A stretch of 59,447 bases of DNA, from contig JBJDXJ010000018.1 of assembly GCA_051866635.1 (NCBI GenBank), positions 1 through 59,447 of the forward strand. Reading direction: 5' to 3'. Shown here piece by piece: positions 31,361-41,731 of the stretch. Each line of letters starts with the position of its first letter. The stretch's first letter is position 1. The notes under the pieces were generated by a model. That model saw only the letters and a program-made list of their open reading frames with translations, did no database searches and was not told the DNA's origin. The stretch is from Clostridia bacterium (lineage in GTDB: Bacteria; Bacillota; Clostridia; UMGS1883). Position numbers and translations under genes: made by a program.

Positions 31361-32467
31361 TCAGTCATTGAGTATATATTTATTTGATAAATCACGCTTT
31401 ATTATGCCCTTGATTTCCATAATTGTCAAGAGCGAAGTTAATTTATTTGTTTCCAATGCACAAAAATCAAATATTTCTTCATATGTGTGTCTGCCGGAGC
31501 TTATTGCGTTCATAACCGCTTTTTCATTGGGCGTAACATTGGAAGAGATGGGGTTTTCTTCCCTTTTATTTCCCATAAAACTGTTTTTTACTTCGCTGAT
31601 AAGTATTTCATCTTCTTTTGTAATATATCCCTTTGCCCTTCGGTACTTGTCTGGTATTCGCTCCATTATTTCATAAAGGATATCACTTCCGCACATTGCC
31701 ATATTTGCTCCGTCACGGATAAGTTCATTTGTACCAACACTATTTGGTGAATCGATATTCCCCGGCACTGCAAAAAGGGTTTTTCCTTGCTCATTTGCGT
31801 ATTCTGCCGATATTAATGCACCGCTTCTTTTTGCGGCTTCAACTACCACCACACTGTCCGCAAGGGCTGTCATAATACGGTTTCTCACGGGGAAATTTCT
31901 ACCTAAAGGTCCCATACCCATGGGAAATTCCGAAATAATCAGCCCCTTTTCGGCAACTTTTTTAAAAAGCTCCTTATTTTCAGGGGGATAATCCACGTCA
32001 ATTCCCGTTCCGATAACTGCAATTGTACCCATATCGGTTCTTAAGGCTCCCCTTAATGCCGCAGAGTCAATTCCCCTTGCACCGCCTGAAACGATGCAAA
32101 TGTTATTACTTGCCAACTCATAGGCAAATTCATTTGCAACATTCATGCCATAGCTTGTGGCATCACGGCTTCCTACAATTGTAACCTTAACGGGAAAATC
32201 CAAAAGTTTCACATTCCCCCTAAGGTATAAGTACGGAGGAGGATATGCAATATGCCTTAGTTCGTCAGGGTAAGAGTCATCCATATATGTAATACACTCT
32301 ACGCCCATTTTCTGTGCCTTTTCCAAGTCGTTCATTATACTTACGGCACTATCACTTGTTAAATCTGCTTCCCGTTTCTTTTTATCAAACTTTTCCTTTA
32401 ATTCTTTCATTTTCCTCTGTGGTCTGTTCTTTTCCGAAAGTAACATCCACCGAATTTTGTCCTCCAT
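31361..32467 (-). CDS. dprA: DNA-processing protein A
   Basis: VGSR, VSGGARGID, FPVRNRI and SGALIS motifs. Confidence 0.95.
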   Translation of the reverse strand: MEDKIRWMLLSEKNRPQRKMKELKEKFDKKKREADLTSDSAVSIMNDLEKAQKMGVECITYMDDSYPDELRHIAYPPPYLYLRGNVKLLDFPVKVTIVGSRDATSYGMNVANEFAYELASNNICIVSGGARGIDSAALRGALRTDMGTIAVIGTGIDVDYPPENKELFKKVAEKGLIISEFPMGMGPLGRNFPVRNRIMTALADSVVVVEAAKRSGALISAEYANEQGKTLFAVPGNIDSPNSVGTNELIRDGANMAMCGSDILYEIMERIPDKYRRAKGYITKEDEILISEVKNSFMGNKREENPISSNVTPNEKAVMNAISSGRHTYEEIFDFCALETNKLTSLLTIMEIKGIIKRDLSNKYILND

Positions 32468-32488
32468 AGTTGCACCTCTGTATTTATC

Positions 32489-33268
32489 TTATCTGTTCAC
32501 TCGTACATGCTCATACATCATAACAGCGCCTGCAACAGAAGCATTAAGACTTTCAGCACCGCCAAGCATGGGAATGGTAACCTTTATATCGCATCTTTTA
32601 ACTGTATCTTCCGTCAGTCCGTTGCCTTCGTTACCTATGAAAATGGCAGATTTACCTCTTAAATCCGCATCAAACAAATCGCAAGAATCCTTACTTAAGG
32701 CACCTGCAATGCTTTTTATTTTATTATTTTTCAAAAAACCGAAAACCGAATCAATGTTTTTGTTGCGGATTACTTTAACCGAGAAAAGACTGCTCATAAC
32801 AGAGCGTACAACCTTTTGGTTATATATGTCAACACAGCCCTTTGTCATAATAACACATGCCGCACCAACAGCATCTGCCGTACGTATAATAGTTCCTGCA
32901 TTTCCCGGGTCCTGAAGATTTTCACATACTATCACAAGGGATTTGTCATTAAGTGTAACGTCGGAAAAGGAAACCTCCTCCATGTTGCATATTGCCATAA
33001 TGCCCTGAGGCGTTACAGTGTCTGAAACATATTCAAAAATCTTAGGTGCTAAGATATATGTTTTAACACTCTTAAACATACTTAAATCATAAGTGCAGTT
33101 ATCACTTATAAGTAAATATTCGATTTTGGCACCTTTTTTATATGCATCGGAAACACTCCTGTAACCTTCAATTATAAACTTACATTCCTTATCTCGACCT
33201 TGCTTTGTAGAAAGAAGCTTTGCTTCCCTTACAATATTATTCTGGCGACTGGTAATAAGCTGTTCCAT
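32489..33268 (-). CDS. TrmH/SpoU family RNA methyltransferase
   Basis: DPGNAGTIIRT, GNEGNGL and ESLNASVA motifs. Confidence 0.93.
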   Translation of the reverse strand: MEQLITSRQNNIVREAKLLSTKQGRDKECKFIIEGYRSVSDAYKKGAKIEYLLISDNCTYDLSMFKSVKTYILAPKIFEYVSDTVTPQGIMAICNMEEVSFSDVTLNDKSLVIVCENLQDPGNAGTIIRTADAVGAACVIMTKGCVDIYNQKVVRSVMSSLFSVKVIRNKNIDSVFGFLKNNKIKSIAGALSKDSCDLFDADLRGKSAIFIGNEGNGLTEDTVKRCDIKVTIPMLGGAESLNASVAGAVMMYEHVRVNR

Positions 33269-33288
33269 ATCAAGTTCCTTTCAAAATG

Positions 33289-33323
33289 AAAACCTCGTTA
33301 CCTTAGGGGTAAACGAGGTTTTT
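33289..33323. terminator. Intrinsic terminator after rplT
   Basis: AAAACCTCGTT...AACGAGGTTTT hairpin. Confidence 0.8.
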
Positions 33324-33329
33324 CTCCTA

Positions 33330-33683
33330 TTAAAGGCTTGCCTTTGCTGTTTCAACAAGCTTTGCGAAAGCTGCAGGATCATTGATTGCGATTTCGGAGA
33401 GCATCTTTCTGTTGATTTCAACGTTAGCCTTCTTAAGACCGTTCATGAATCTGGAATAGTTCATGCCGTTAAGTTTACAAGCTGCGCTGATTCTTGTAAT
33501 CCAAAGTCTTCTGAAATCTCTCTTCTTGAGCTTTCTTCCTACATATGCATAGGAAAGAGACTTCATAACAGCCTGGTTCGCTGTTCTGTAAAGCTTGGAC
33601 TTACCGCCGCGGTAACCCTTAGCAAGCTTTAAAATCTTTTTATGATGTTTTCTGGTGTTAAGTGCACCTTTTACTCTAGCCAT
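33330..33683 (-). CDS. rplT: 50S ribosomal protein L20
   Basis: MARVKG...LAKGYRG...FRRLWITRI. Confidence 0.99.
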   Translation of the reverse strand: MARVKGALNTRKHHKKILKLAKGYRGGKSKLYRTANQAVMKSLSYAYVGRKLKKRDFRRLWITRISAACKLNGMNYSRFMNGLKKANVEINRKMLSEIAINDPAAFAKLVETAKASL

Positions 33684-33702
33684 TGTAAAATCCTCCTATC
33701 GA

Positions 33703-33900
33703 TTATTTGTAAGGTATAAGCTTCTTGATAACCTTTGCATTTGCTACAGAAGCGTAACCGCCTTTTCTGAGTCTTCTCTTCCTCTTTGTGTCCTTCTTGT
33801 TGAGAATGTGGCTTCTGAACGCCTTAGCTCTCTTTACCTTGCCGCTTTTTGTAAGACTGAAACGCTTAGCCGCTGCTCTGTGTGTCTTTATTTTAGGCAT
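33703..33900 (-). CDS. rpmI: 50S ribosomal protein L35
   Basis: [14 protein letters not shown]... Confidence 0.99.
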   Translation of the reverse strand: MPKIKTHRAAAKRFSLTKSGKVKRAKAFRSHILNKKDTKRKRRLRKGGYASVANAKVIKKLIPYK

Positions 33901-33962
33901 AATACCTCTCCTCTCATAACAATAAAAAATTTATTATCCATACCTTTTTGGTAATAAGGATC

Positions 33963-34475
33963 TTATTTCTTTATGGGTGCAATAAACATAATCATGTTTC
34001 TGCCTTCAAGCTTGGGCTTTTTGTCAACTGTGCCAACCTCGCTTGTACCCTGGGCAAATCTTTCCAAAAGCTCTTCGCCCACTGCACTGTGCTGAACCTC
34101 TCTGCCGCGGAAACGGACGCTAACCTTAACCTTATCACCGCTTTTAAGGAACTTCACTGCATTTCTGAGTTTTGTTTCAAAATCATGTGTATCTATGGTG
34201 GGGGACAACTGAACTTCCTTCGTTGCCACAACCTTCTGGTTCTTACGGTTTTCCTTTAATCTCTTGGATTCTTCAAAACGGAACTTACCGTAGTCCATAA
34301 TTTTACATGTAGGGGGCGTTGCAGAAGGTGCAATCAAAGCAAGGTCCATATTCTGACCTGCCGCAAGATCCAACGCCTCCTGAATAGACATAATACCCAT
34401 CTGTGCGCCGTCTTTGCCGATCACTCTGACTTCCTTTTCACGAATTTCCTCGTTTATCAACATTTCCTTACTGAT
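33963..34475 (-). CDS. infC: Translation initiation factor IF-3 (probable non-canonical ATC start)
   Basis: INEEIR, CKIMDYGK and RFRGRE motifs; GGAGG at 34484..34488 is 8 nt from ATC at 34475. Confidence 0.95.
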   Translation of the reverse strand: MSKEMLINEEIREKEVRVIGKDGAQMGIMSIQEALDLAAGQNMDLALIAPSATPPTCKIMDYGKFRFEESKRLKENRKNQKVVATKEVQLSPTIDTHDFETKLRNAVKFLKSGDKVKVSVRFRGREVQHSAVGEELLERFAQGTSEVGTVDKKPKLEGRNMIMFIAPIKK

Positions 34476-34499
34476 AAAAAACACCTCCGAAATTTTTTA

Positions 34500-34625
34500 C
34501 AAAACAAAAATACGATGAAACAAATTTTCACCGCACTCAAATAAACCCCGGTACTTTTCCGGTACTCTGTTATTAACCCCAGCCGCATTTCGCTTGAGGT
34601 GAGAAGCGGTTACTTCTTCTTTGCT
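34500..34625 (-). promoter_or_regulatory. L20 ribosomal protein leader
   Basis: Minus strand GAAGTAACCGCTTCTCACCT...GAGTGCGGT upstream of infC-rpmI-rplT; boundaries approximate. Confidence 0.8.
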
Positions 34626-34632
34626 CTTTGGT

Positions 34633-34661
34633 ATCTTATCACACATTTCCCACTTTGTCAA
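34633..34661 (-). promoter_or_regulatory. SigA promoter of the infC operon
   Basis: TTGACA-17-TAAGAT with extended TG. Confidence 0.75.
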
Positions 34662-34780
34662 CAGTGAAAATAAAATTTTTTTCTGTTTTTATATTTTTCA
34701 AAAAAAGTTATAGATTTTTTATTTCACATGTTATATAATGTAGATATCTTTAGACTTTTATATTGAAAGGATTTGATTTT

Positions 34781-35263
34781 ATGAACAAAGAACTGTTATC
34801 AATACTTGAAAAAAACAGCCGTATTTCCCCTGCCGAAATCGCTGTTATGTTAGGCACAACGGAAGAAGCGGTGTTAGAGGAAATAAAAGAGCTTGAAAAT
34901 GAAAAAATAATTTTAGGCTACCGCACTCTTATAAATTGGGAAGAGGTAAAAAAAGATACTATAAAAGCCTATATCGAACTTAAGATTACTCCTCAGGAGG
35001 CAAAGGGCTTTGACAGAGTTGCGGAAAAGATTTATAAGTTTCCCCAGGTTAAAAGTCTCACGCTTATGAGTGGTGCTTACGATTTGCTCCTTGAAGTTGA
35101 GGGCGAAACACTCCGAGATGTTGCAATGTTTGTTTCCGAAAAGCTTTCCCAGATGGATTCTGTTATTTCAACTGCAACACACTTTGTTTTAAAAACATAC
35201 AAAAAGGAAAATGTTATTTTTGAACATCCCGAAGAAGATACCAGAGAGGTTATCACATTATGA
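34781..35263 (+). CDS. Lrp/AsnC family transcriptional regulator (YugG/AlaR-like)
   Basis: N-terminal HTH, MSGAYDL and TATHFVLK motifs; overlaps the aminotransferase start. Confidence 0.9.
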   Translation: MNKELLSILEKNSRISPAEIAVMLGTTEEAVLEEIKELENEKIILGYRTLINWEEVKKDTIKAYIELKITPQEAKGFDRVAEKIYKFPQVKSLTLMSGAYDLLLEVEGETLRDVAMFVSEKLSQMDSVISTATHFVLKTYKKENVIFEHPEEDTREVITL

Positions 35264-36435
35264 TAGATTACGAAAATATACTTTCAAAAACCGCAAGTGC
35301 AATTCCACCTTCCGGCATAAGAAAGTTTTTTGACATAGTAAGCGAAATGAAGGGTGCCATAAGCTTAGGTGTAGGCGAGCCTGATTTTGTAACACCTTGG
35401 GCAATACGTGAAGCAGGCATTGCCGCTTTGGAAAAGGGCAGAACACACTATACTTCCAACGCAGGTCTTGTTGAGCTTCGTGAGGAAATCTCACGCTATA
35501 TAAAAAGGAAATATAATATAGAGTATAATCCCAAAAGTGAAATTATTGTAACCGTAGGCGGAAGTGAGGCTATTGACATAACGCTCCGTGCACTTGTAGA
35601 GCCGGGGGACGAGGTTTTAATCCCCGAACCCAGCTTTGTCTGCTACAAGCCCTGTGCAACTTTGGCAGGCGGCGTTCCCGTTCCCATCGTTACAGAAGAA
35701 AAGGATAATTTTCGTTTAACAAAGGAAAAGCTTTTAGAAAAAATCACCGATAAAACAAAGGTTTTAATTTTGCCTTTCCCCAATAACCCCACAGGTGCAA
35801 TTATGGAAAAGAAGGATTTGGAAGAAATTGCCGACGTTCTCAGAGATACTAATATAATCGTTTTATCCGACGAAATTTACTCCGAGCTTACATACAACGG
35901 CAAAAAGCACGTTTCCTTTGCATCCATTGAGGGTATGCGTGAAAGAACTGTTACAATCAACGGTTTTTCAAAGGCTTTTGCCATGACAGGTTGGAGATTG
36001 GGCTATGCCGCCGCACCTGAGCCTATTGCCCGTGTAATGTACAAAATTCACCAGTACGGCATAATGTGTGCACCTACAACAAGCCAGTTTGCCGCTATTG
36101 AAGCGCTCCGCAACTGCGATGAAGACGTTGAAAACATGTGCAATGAATATAACCACCGTCGCCGTGTTCTTGTGGATGGTTTCAGAAAAATGGGGCTTTC
36201 ATGCTTTGAACCCGAAGGTGCATTTTATGTATTCCCCAACATTTCATCCACAGGCTTTACAAGCGAAGAGTTTGCGAAAAAACTTCTTGAGGAAGAAAAG
36301 GTTGCGGTTGTTCCGGGCAATGCGTTCGGTCAGTCAGGCGAAGGCTTTGTCCGTTGCAGTTATGCTTACAGCATAAAAAACATTGAAGAAGCTCTTGCCA
36401 GAATTTCAAGATTTGTGGAAAAATATAATAAATAA
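35260..36435 (+). CDS. Class I/II PLP-dependent aminotransferase (YugH/AlaT-like)
   Basis: LGVGEPDF, PNNPTG, SDEIY and GFSKAFAMTGWRLG motifs. Confidence 0.95.
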   Translation: MIDYENILSKTASAIPPSGIRKFFDIVSEMKGAISLGVGEPDFVTPWAIREAGIAALEKGRTHYTSNAGLVELREEISRYIKRKYNIEYNPKSEIIVTVGGSEAIDITLRALVEPGDEVLIPEPSFVCYKPCATLAGGVPVPIVTEEKDNFRLTKEKLLEKITDKTKVLILPFPNNPTGAIMEKKDLEEIADVLRDTNIIVLSDEIYSELTYNGKKHVSFASIEGMRERTVTINGFSKAFAMTGWRLGYAAAPEPIARVMYKIHQYGIMCAPTTSQFAAIEALRNCDEDVENMCNEYNHRRRVLVDGFRKMGLSCFEPEGAFYVFPNISSTGFTSEEFAKKLLEEEKVAVVPGNAFGQSGEGFVRCSYAYSIKNIEEALARISRFVEKYNK

Positions 36436-36438
36436 CAC

Positions 36439-36476
36439 AAAAATAATGAGTCGGTTTATGCCGACTCATTATTTTT
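36439..36476. terminator. Bidirectional intrinsic terminator
   Basis: AAAAATAATGAGTCGG-loop-CCGACTCATTATTTTT between convergent genes. Confidence 0.85.
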
Positions 36477-36525
36477 CGTTCACACAATTAAAACATCAGG
36501 ATAATCGGGATAGCTTGTATTCACA

Positions 36526-38364
36526 CTAACTGTCCCCTTGTGCCTCGTTATGTTCAATTATTTCAACAGTTTGAGTGTCATCATTCCAATGAACACTGCA
36601 ACCAAAAGCTTCTGAAACAGCTCTTAAGGGAATCATCGTTCGGTCGTTAATGATTTCAGGCACTGCATCCAGCACTTTTTCCTCACCGTTAACAAGAATC
36701 CTGTCGCTGCCTATTGTAAGAACGATTTTGTTATCATTTGTTACTGCCGTTACCGTTCTTGTTTCTTCATTCCAATAAACCTCTGTTCCCAGTGCCTCAA
36801 AAATGCTTCGCAAGGGCACAAGGGTACGGTCATTTTTTATCACAGGTTCTTTGCCGTATGTACTGAAATCAACTGTTTCTCCGTTTATCGTCACGCTAAT
36901 GGGTGAATAATTATAGACAATCTCTGCCTCCAAAAGTGCGTAATTGTGTTCCCCTATAGTTATATTTTCCCAATCTTCTTCACTGCCTGTGTAATAAACA
37001 GTTTTCAAAGCAGTCATGGCATAGACTAATTCTCCTTTTTGCGGTGAAACAGGATTTATTCGGCGGTCTGCAAAAGCATAATCACCGATAAATGTTACGC
37101 TTTGGGGTATTATTATGCTTTTTAGTTTCGGGCTTATAGCTCCTGCCCATTCGGCAATATATTTTGTTCCGTCCTTAACCCTAAATTCTCCTTCTGCATT
37201 GCAGTTAATAAGATACTTACCCACGTATGATATATCAGTATCGAGAGGAGTAAAACTTACAATATGTCCACCTACATATTCCAGGTTGTCCGGTAACACC
37301 AAATCTGTTAGTTTTTTACACCCCTGAAATGCACCGCCTTCTACACGTGTAACACCGTCAGGTATAGTAATGCTCTCTAATTCCTCACAGTAGCTGAACG
37401 CACTCTCTCCGATTGTTTTTATACTGTCGGGCAAGCTGACCTTTTTTAGGCTTTTGCAGAAACTGAATGCTCCGGATTCAATTGTTTCCACACCCTCCGG
37501 TATTACAATTTCTTCAATACCTGAAAAACAAAATCCTTCAACAACTTTTAGATTTTTCGGCAAAACAACATTTTTTAGGCTGTAACAATACGTAAATGCT
37601 CCGTATTCGATAGACTCTACACTATCAGGGATATTTATTTCTTTAAGAGCACGGCAGCCTTCAAAGGCACTGTTTCCTATTTCCTTCACACCAAAAGGAA
37701 TATCAATTTTCTCAAGATTTTCGCAGTTTGAGAATGAATCTCCGATAATAATTTCCACACCATCGGGGATTTTAAAATAATCTCCTTCCTTTTTTGGAGG
37801 GTAGCATAAAAAAGTTTTCTTGTTCTTGTCGTAAAGGATGCCATCCTCTGACATATAGTGCAGATTGTTCTTATCTACAGTAATACTTTCAAGGTTAAAA
37901 CAATAAAGAAATGCATTATTGCTAATGTTTTCAACACTTGCCGGTATATCAAGTTCTGTAAGTGCACAATATGCAAAAGCAACACTTTCAATTGTTTTAA
38001 GTCCTTCAGGAAGGCAAATTTCAGAAAGCTTAGAACATCGTGTAAATGCACTCTTCCCTATTCGTATTACGCTTTTAGGCAAACTAACGCTTACAACACC
38101 GTCAAGGTCGCCAAATGCTTCTTTTCCGATTCCTGTAATTCCTTCTTCAATTACAATCTTTTCAATTTTAACTTTATTTTTCCATGAGTAGTCCCACCAC
38201 GGAGTACCTCGGCCGTCAAAATAATCTTCAATATCGCCCGTACCGCTTATTGTGAGAATACCATTTTCAATATTCCACTTTATATTGTCACCTTCTGCCC
38301 GAGCAACACAAAAGTACCCTGTACATATTAAAAACGCTAAAACCAAACATAATACCTTTTTCAT
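36526..38364 (-). CDS. Secreted BspA-type leucine-rich repeat protein with C-terminal copper-amine-oxidase-N domain
   Basis: Signal peptide, many IPDSVESIEYGAFTYCYSL-type repeats, RTLVPLR and RTMIPLR motifs. Confidence 0.92.
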   Translation of the reverse strand: MKKVLCLVLAFLICTGYFCVARAEGDNIKWNIENGILTISGTGDIEDYFDGRGTPWWDYSWKNKVKIEKIVIEEGITGIGKEAFGDLDGVVSVSLPKSVIRIGKSAFTRCSKLSEICLPEGLKTIESVAFAYCALTELDIPASVENISNNAFLYCFNLESITVDKNNLHYMSEDGILYDKNKKTFLCYPPKKEGDYFKIPDGVEIIIGDSFSNCENLEKIDIPFGVKEIGNSAFEGCRALKEINIPDSVESIEYGAFTYCYSLKNVVLPKNLKVVEGFCFSGIEEIVIPEGVETIESGAFSFCKSLKKVSLPDSIKTIGESAFSYCEELESITIPDGVTRVEGGAFQGCKKLTDLVLPDNLEYVGGHIVSFTPLDTDISYVGKYLINCNAEGEFRVKDGTKYIAEWAGAISPKLKSIIIPQSVTFIGDYAFADRRINPVSPQKGELVYAMTALKTVYYTGSEEDWENITIGEHNYALLEAEIVYNYSPISVTINGETVDFSTYGKEPVIKNDRTLVPLRSIFEALGTEVYWNEETRTVTAVTNDNKIVLTIGSDRILVNGEEKVLDAVPEIINDRTMIPLRAVSEAFGCSVHWNDDTQTVEIIEHNEAQGDS

Positions 38365-38380
38365 GCAATCACTCCCTATT

Positions 38381-41300
38381 TTAAGAATCAGCGGAACAGT
38401 TCTCTTGCGTTTCTTCTTCAACCATTTTTAATAGTGCATCACGGTCACTTATTTTGTTCACATACCGATAACTGCACCCTGTAACGGTAGTATCAAAACC
38501 GCATAAGGCTTTCATACTGCACCAATCACAGGCACCTCTTACAGGCTTTATATCGGTTACGCCATCTAATATTGCACCTGCCAACTTTTTGACAGTTTTT
38601 GACACATTTTGCCTTATTGCTTTAAATTCCCCTTCTGTTGCAACTGATGAGCTGCTTGTAAAACTGCCGTCAGTTTTTTTCTTTACGGGAACTACAGTGC
38701 TTCCCTGTGCGTAATTTATATCCATAGCTTCCAGTATTTCATCTTCTGCCAGAACCAGTCCGTCCATGGTAAAGTTTTTTTCAATTTGGGCGTTTATTTC
38801 TGTATCTGTGGAGTCAACGCTTCCGCTGATAACCGGGTCGGAAATTTTGAAATACAACATTCCGGCACTTTTGTACCCACCGTTTTCACATAATGCATCA
38901 AGATATACCCCCAGTTGCAAATCAAAGCCGTAATAAATATTCGCCAGTGAAAAACTTTTACTGCCGCTCTTGTAGTCAATAATACGCACATATTTTCCGT
39001 GGCTTGTTTCAAGTAAATCAGCTCTGTCAATTCTGCCCCGAAGTTTTACGGTCTGCCCTGTGGGCAATTCAATTTTAACAGGCTTAAATTTGCCCTTTTC
39101 GTCAAAGACAATTTCATACCCCAAGGGTTCAAAGGAACCCTTTTTCATATGCTCCGAAAGCATAGTTACACTCTTTTTTGCAATTCTTTTAAGCTGTACA
39201 AAAAGCTGTCTTACCCTTGGAGATGTTTCTATAAGATGTTTATTCACCCCATCTAAGAGTGCCGGAGTAATTTCATCTGCTTTTTTGTCAATATATTCCT
39301 TATCTGCATCACGCCAAGTTCTGTTATCCTCTTTAAGACCTTTTCCAAACATATCCACAAAATTGTGAAGGAAGGTACCGCTGTCAGCGGCAGTAACCTC
39401 CAAGGCTTTTCTGTCCTTAAGGGATAAGGTTACATTGGCAAAATATGAAAATGGGCATTTTGAAAACTGTTCCAGTCTTGATACGCTTGTTGAAATACCC
39501 TCGCCGTAGCGTGAGTTTAAAAGGTCACGCCTTATGATTTCCGTCTTATTTTCATAAGATGTATACTTTTCAATTTCCGCAAGTTTTTCCTTCCAGAAAG
39601 GTTCGTTTTTATAATATTCCAGTGCTGTCATGTAATAAGGGGACATTTCTTCCCCCTTTGCCATGGCGGCAAATTTCACCGCAAAGTCCTCAAATGTACT
39701 TTTGGCACCGCTTATTCTCTCCATATCGGAAAAGCCCTCAAGCTCGCTTACAAAGTTGCATTTCGGGAAAATCTTTCTCAGCCTTTTTACAATAACAGAC
39801 TCTGATGCACCCTCTGCTCCTAAATTATAGCTTACATATATTCTGTCGGTAGCACATGTAAGTGCCCCATATAAAAGGCTTTCTTCCATGTAAATCTTTC
39901 CAATATTCCCCGGGGGCAGTTCAATACCGTATTTTGCAAGTTCCATCTTATCCGCATCTGTAAATATGCCCGTTTCCTTAGGATTTTGTGGGAATTTACC
40001 TTCATTTGCACCAATAATTATAACAGCCTTGGCACCATGTCCTCTTGCTCTGTCGATGCTTCCTGCACAAACACAGTCAGTAGTTGCGGGGATAATGCCA
40101 ATTTCCACGCTTTCCATGCCCGTCATAATAACAGACAAAAATTCCTCTGCTGATAAGGTTTTGTTTTTAAATGCAGAATCAAAGCTTTCAAGTATATCAA
40201 GGAGTAAATCATACACCTGTTTCATCTTAAGTGCCATGTTGTTTTGACCGTAAGACATTAGTGTTTCGCTTATTTCTTCAATCTTTTCTTCAAGGCGGCA
40301 GTCCTCCATAAAGCTGTAAAACGCCAAGGCAAATTCCCGTCCTGTATGTTTGCCCTTTATTTTTCTTTCAAGCTCAAGCAAGGGTTCTGTAAGCTTTCTT
40401 CTGTATTGGTTTATCCTTTTTAAGTAATCCTCATCTACTTCTTCATTTTCGTTTATATTGGGCTTCATGGTCCAATCCTCTTCTTTTTTCCAGTCCATAG
40501 CCCTCACCCCGGCTTTAATGCAATAATCCTCAAGAAAATCAGCCTCAAGGGTATCAAGAGGAGAAAATGCCGTTTTCATGTAAGCAAAAACATTTTCGCT
40601 CCTCCAGCCACGGGAAATTATTTTAATTGCAAAGGCAACAAATATGGCGGCAACTTCTCCTGAAAGAGGAGTCTTTTTGTCCATAAACAAAGGTATATTA
40701 AACTTCTCAAATGCCCTTTGTAAATTTTTTTCATAATCTTCCATATCACGTGCCACAATAACAATATCACGATATCTGTAGCCATAATCACGGCACAGCT
40801 TTTCAACCTGTCGTGCCGCCGCCTGTGCTTCGTTATATTCGTTTTTGGCACAATATATTTCAACCTTGTCCGTTTCCTTCTGAAAAACGGCATATTCATC
40901 TTCAAAAAAGCTCTTTTCTATGGCTTTCATTTCATCTGTTGCCGTATACATGGCACCCTTCAGATGTGTCTCTTCAACATAGGGTATTCCTAGATTTTTC
41001 GCTATTCTTATAAGGGTGTTTTTTGTCCTTCTGCATGTTTCAAATTCATCACCTACATCTTCAACGCACAAAGCCACAGTAACTTTTTTGCATCTTTTCA
41101 TCATGCTTTCTATAACGGAAAACTCCAAAGGCGTAAAGGCAGTGAAGGAATCAAAAAATATTTCACGATTTGTAAGATATGGCGTATTTTCAATATTTCT
41201 TTTGAGAGATTCCAACACATCGTCAGCATCACGGTAGCCTTCCTTTAAAAATGCATCATACGCCTCGCTTATTTTAATACAGTCAGAAAGCTTTTTCTTA

Positions 41301-41731
41301 AGAAGATTGTTACCTGTTTTTTCGATAACATTTTCCATTTTTTCTTTCGTCACATTGTACTCTTTCAATGTGGTTACAATAACAGCCGATTCCTCTGCCA
41401 TATTTCCCCTTTTTGCCGCACCGCCGTAAAGGGTTAAAGACTTTGACAGCTTTCTTACAATATCGGAGAGCATCATAATCTTTCCGGAGGGTGTAATATC
41501 GTCACACATCTTCCTTCCGCTTTTTTCTTCAATGTAATAAGCAAGTCGTCTTAAGCTGTAAACAGAAGGATTACCCATTCCGCCCATTTTAAAGGCATGA
41601 GTAATCTTCTTTTCTGCCGCAAAGCTATACTGCTCCGGCACTATATATATGGCATTTTCGCTTTTTTTCATCAGTTTTAGAAGCTCCTGGGTCTTTCCGC
41701 TTCCGCTTCTGCCTGTTATTATTTTAAGCAT
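38381..41731 (-). CDS. addB: ATP-dependent helicase/nuclease subunit B
   Basis: GRSGSGKT, IVPEQ, SVSRLEQFSKCPF, GRIDRAD, IIDYKS and C-terminal Fe-S cysteines. Confidence 0.93.
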   Translation of the reverse strand: MLKIITGRSGSGKTQELLKLMKKSENAIYIVPEQYSFAAEKKITHAFKMGGMGNPSVYSLRRLAYYIEEKSGRKMCDDITPSGKIMMLSDIVRKLSKSLTLYGGAAKRGNMAEESAVIVTTLKEYNVTKEKMENVIEKTGNNLLKKKLSDCIKISEAYDAFLKEGYRDADDVLESLKRNIENTPYLTNREIFFDSFTAFTPLEFSVIESMMKRCKKVTVALCVEDVGDEFETCRRTKNTLIRIAKNLGIPYVEETHLKGAMYTATDEMKAIEKSFFEDEYAVFQKETDKVEIYCAKNEYNEAQAAARQVEKLCRDYGYRYRDIVIVARDMEDYEKNLQRAFEKFNIPLFMDKKTPLSGEVAAIFVAFAIKIISRGWRSENVFAYMKTAFSPLDTLEADFLEDYCIKAGVRAMDWKKEEDWTMKPNINENEEVDEDYLKRINQYRRKLTEPLLELERKIKGKHTGREFALAFYSFMEDCRLEEKIEEISETLMSYGQNNMALKMKQVYDLLLDILESFDSAFKNKTLSAEEFLSVIMTGMESVEIGIIPATTDCVCAGSIDRARGHGAKAVIIIGANEGKFPQNPKETGIFTDADKMELAKYGIELPPGNIGKIYMEESLLYGALTCATDRIYVSYNLGAEGASESVIVKRLRKIFPKCNFVSELEGFSDMERISGAKSTFEDFAVKFAAMAKGEEMSPYYMTALEYYKNEPFWKEKLAEIEKYTSYENKTEIIRRDLLNSRYGEGISTSVSRLEQFSKCPFSYFANVTLSLKDRKALEVTAADSGTFLHNFVDMFGKGLKEDNRTWRDADKEYIDKKADEITPALLDGVNKHLIETSPRVRQLFVQLKRIAKKSVTMLSEHMKKGSFEPLGYEIVFDEKGKFKPVKIELPTGQTVKLRGRIDRADLLETSHGKYVRIIDYKSGSKSFSLANIYYGFDLQLGVYLDALCENGGYKSAGMLYFKISDPVISGSVDSTDTEINAQIEKNFTMDGLVLAEDEILEAMDINYAQGSTVVPVKKKTDGSFTSSSSVATEGEFKAIRQNVSKTVKKLAGAILDGVTDIKPVRGACDWCSMKALCGFDTTVTGCSYRYVNKISDRDALLKMVEEETQENCSADS

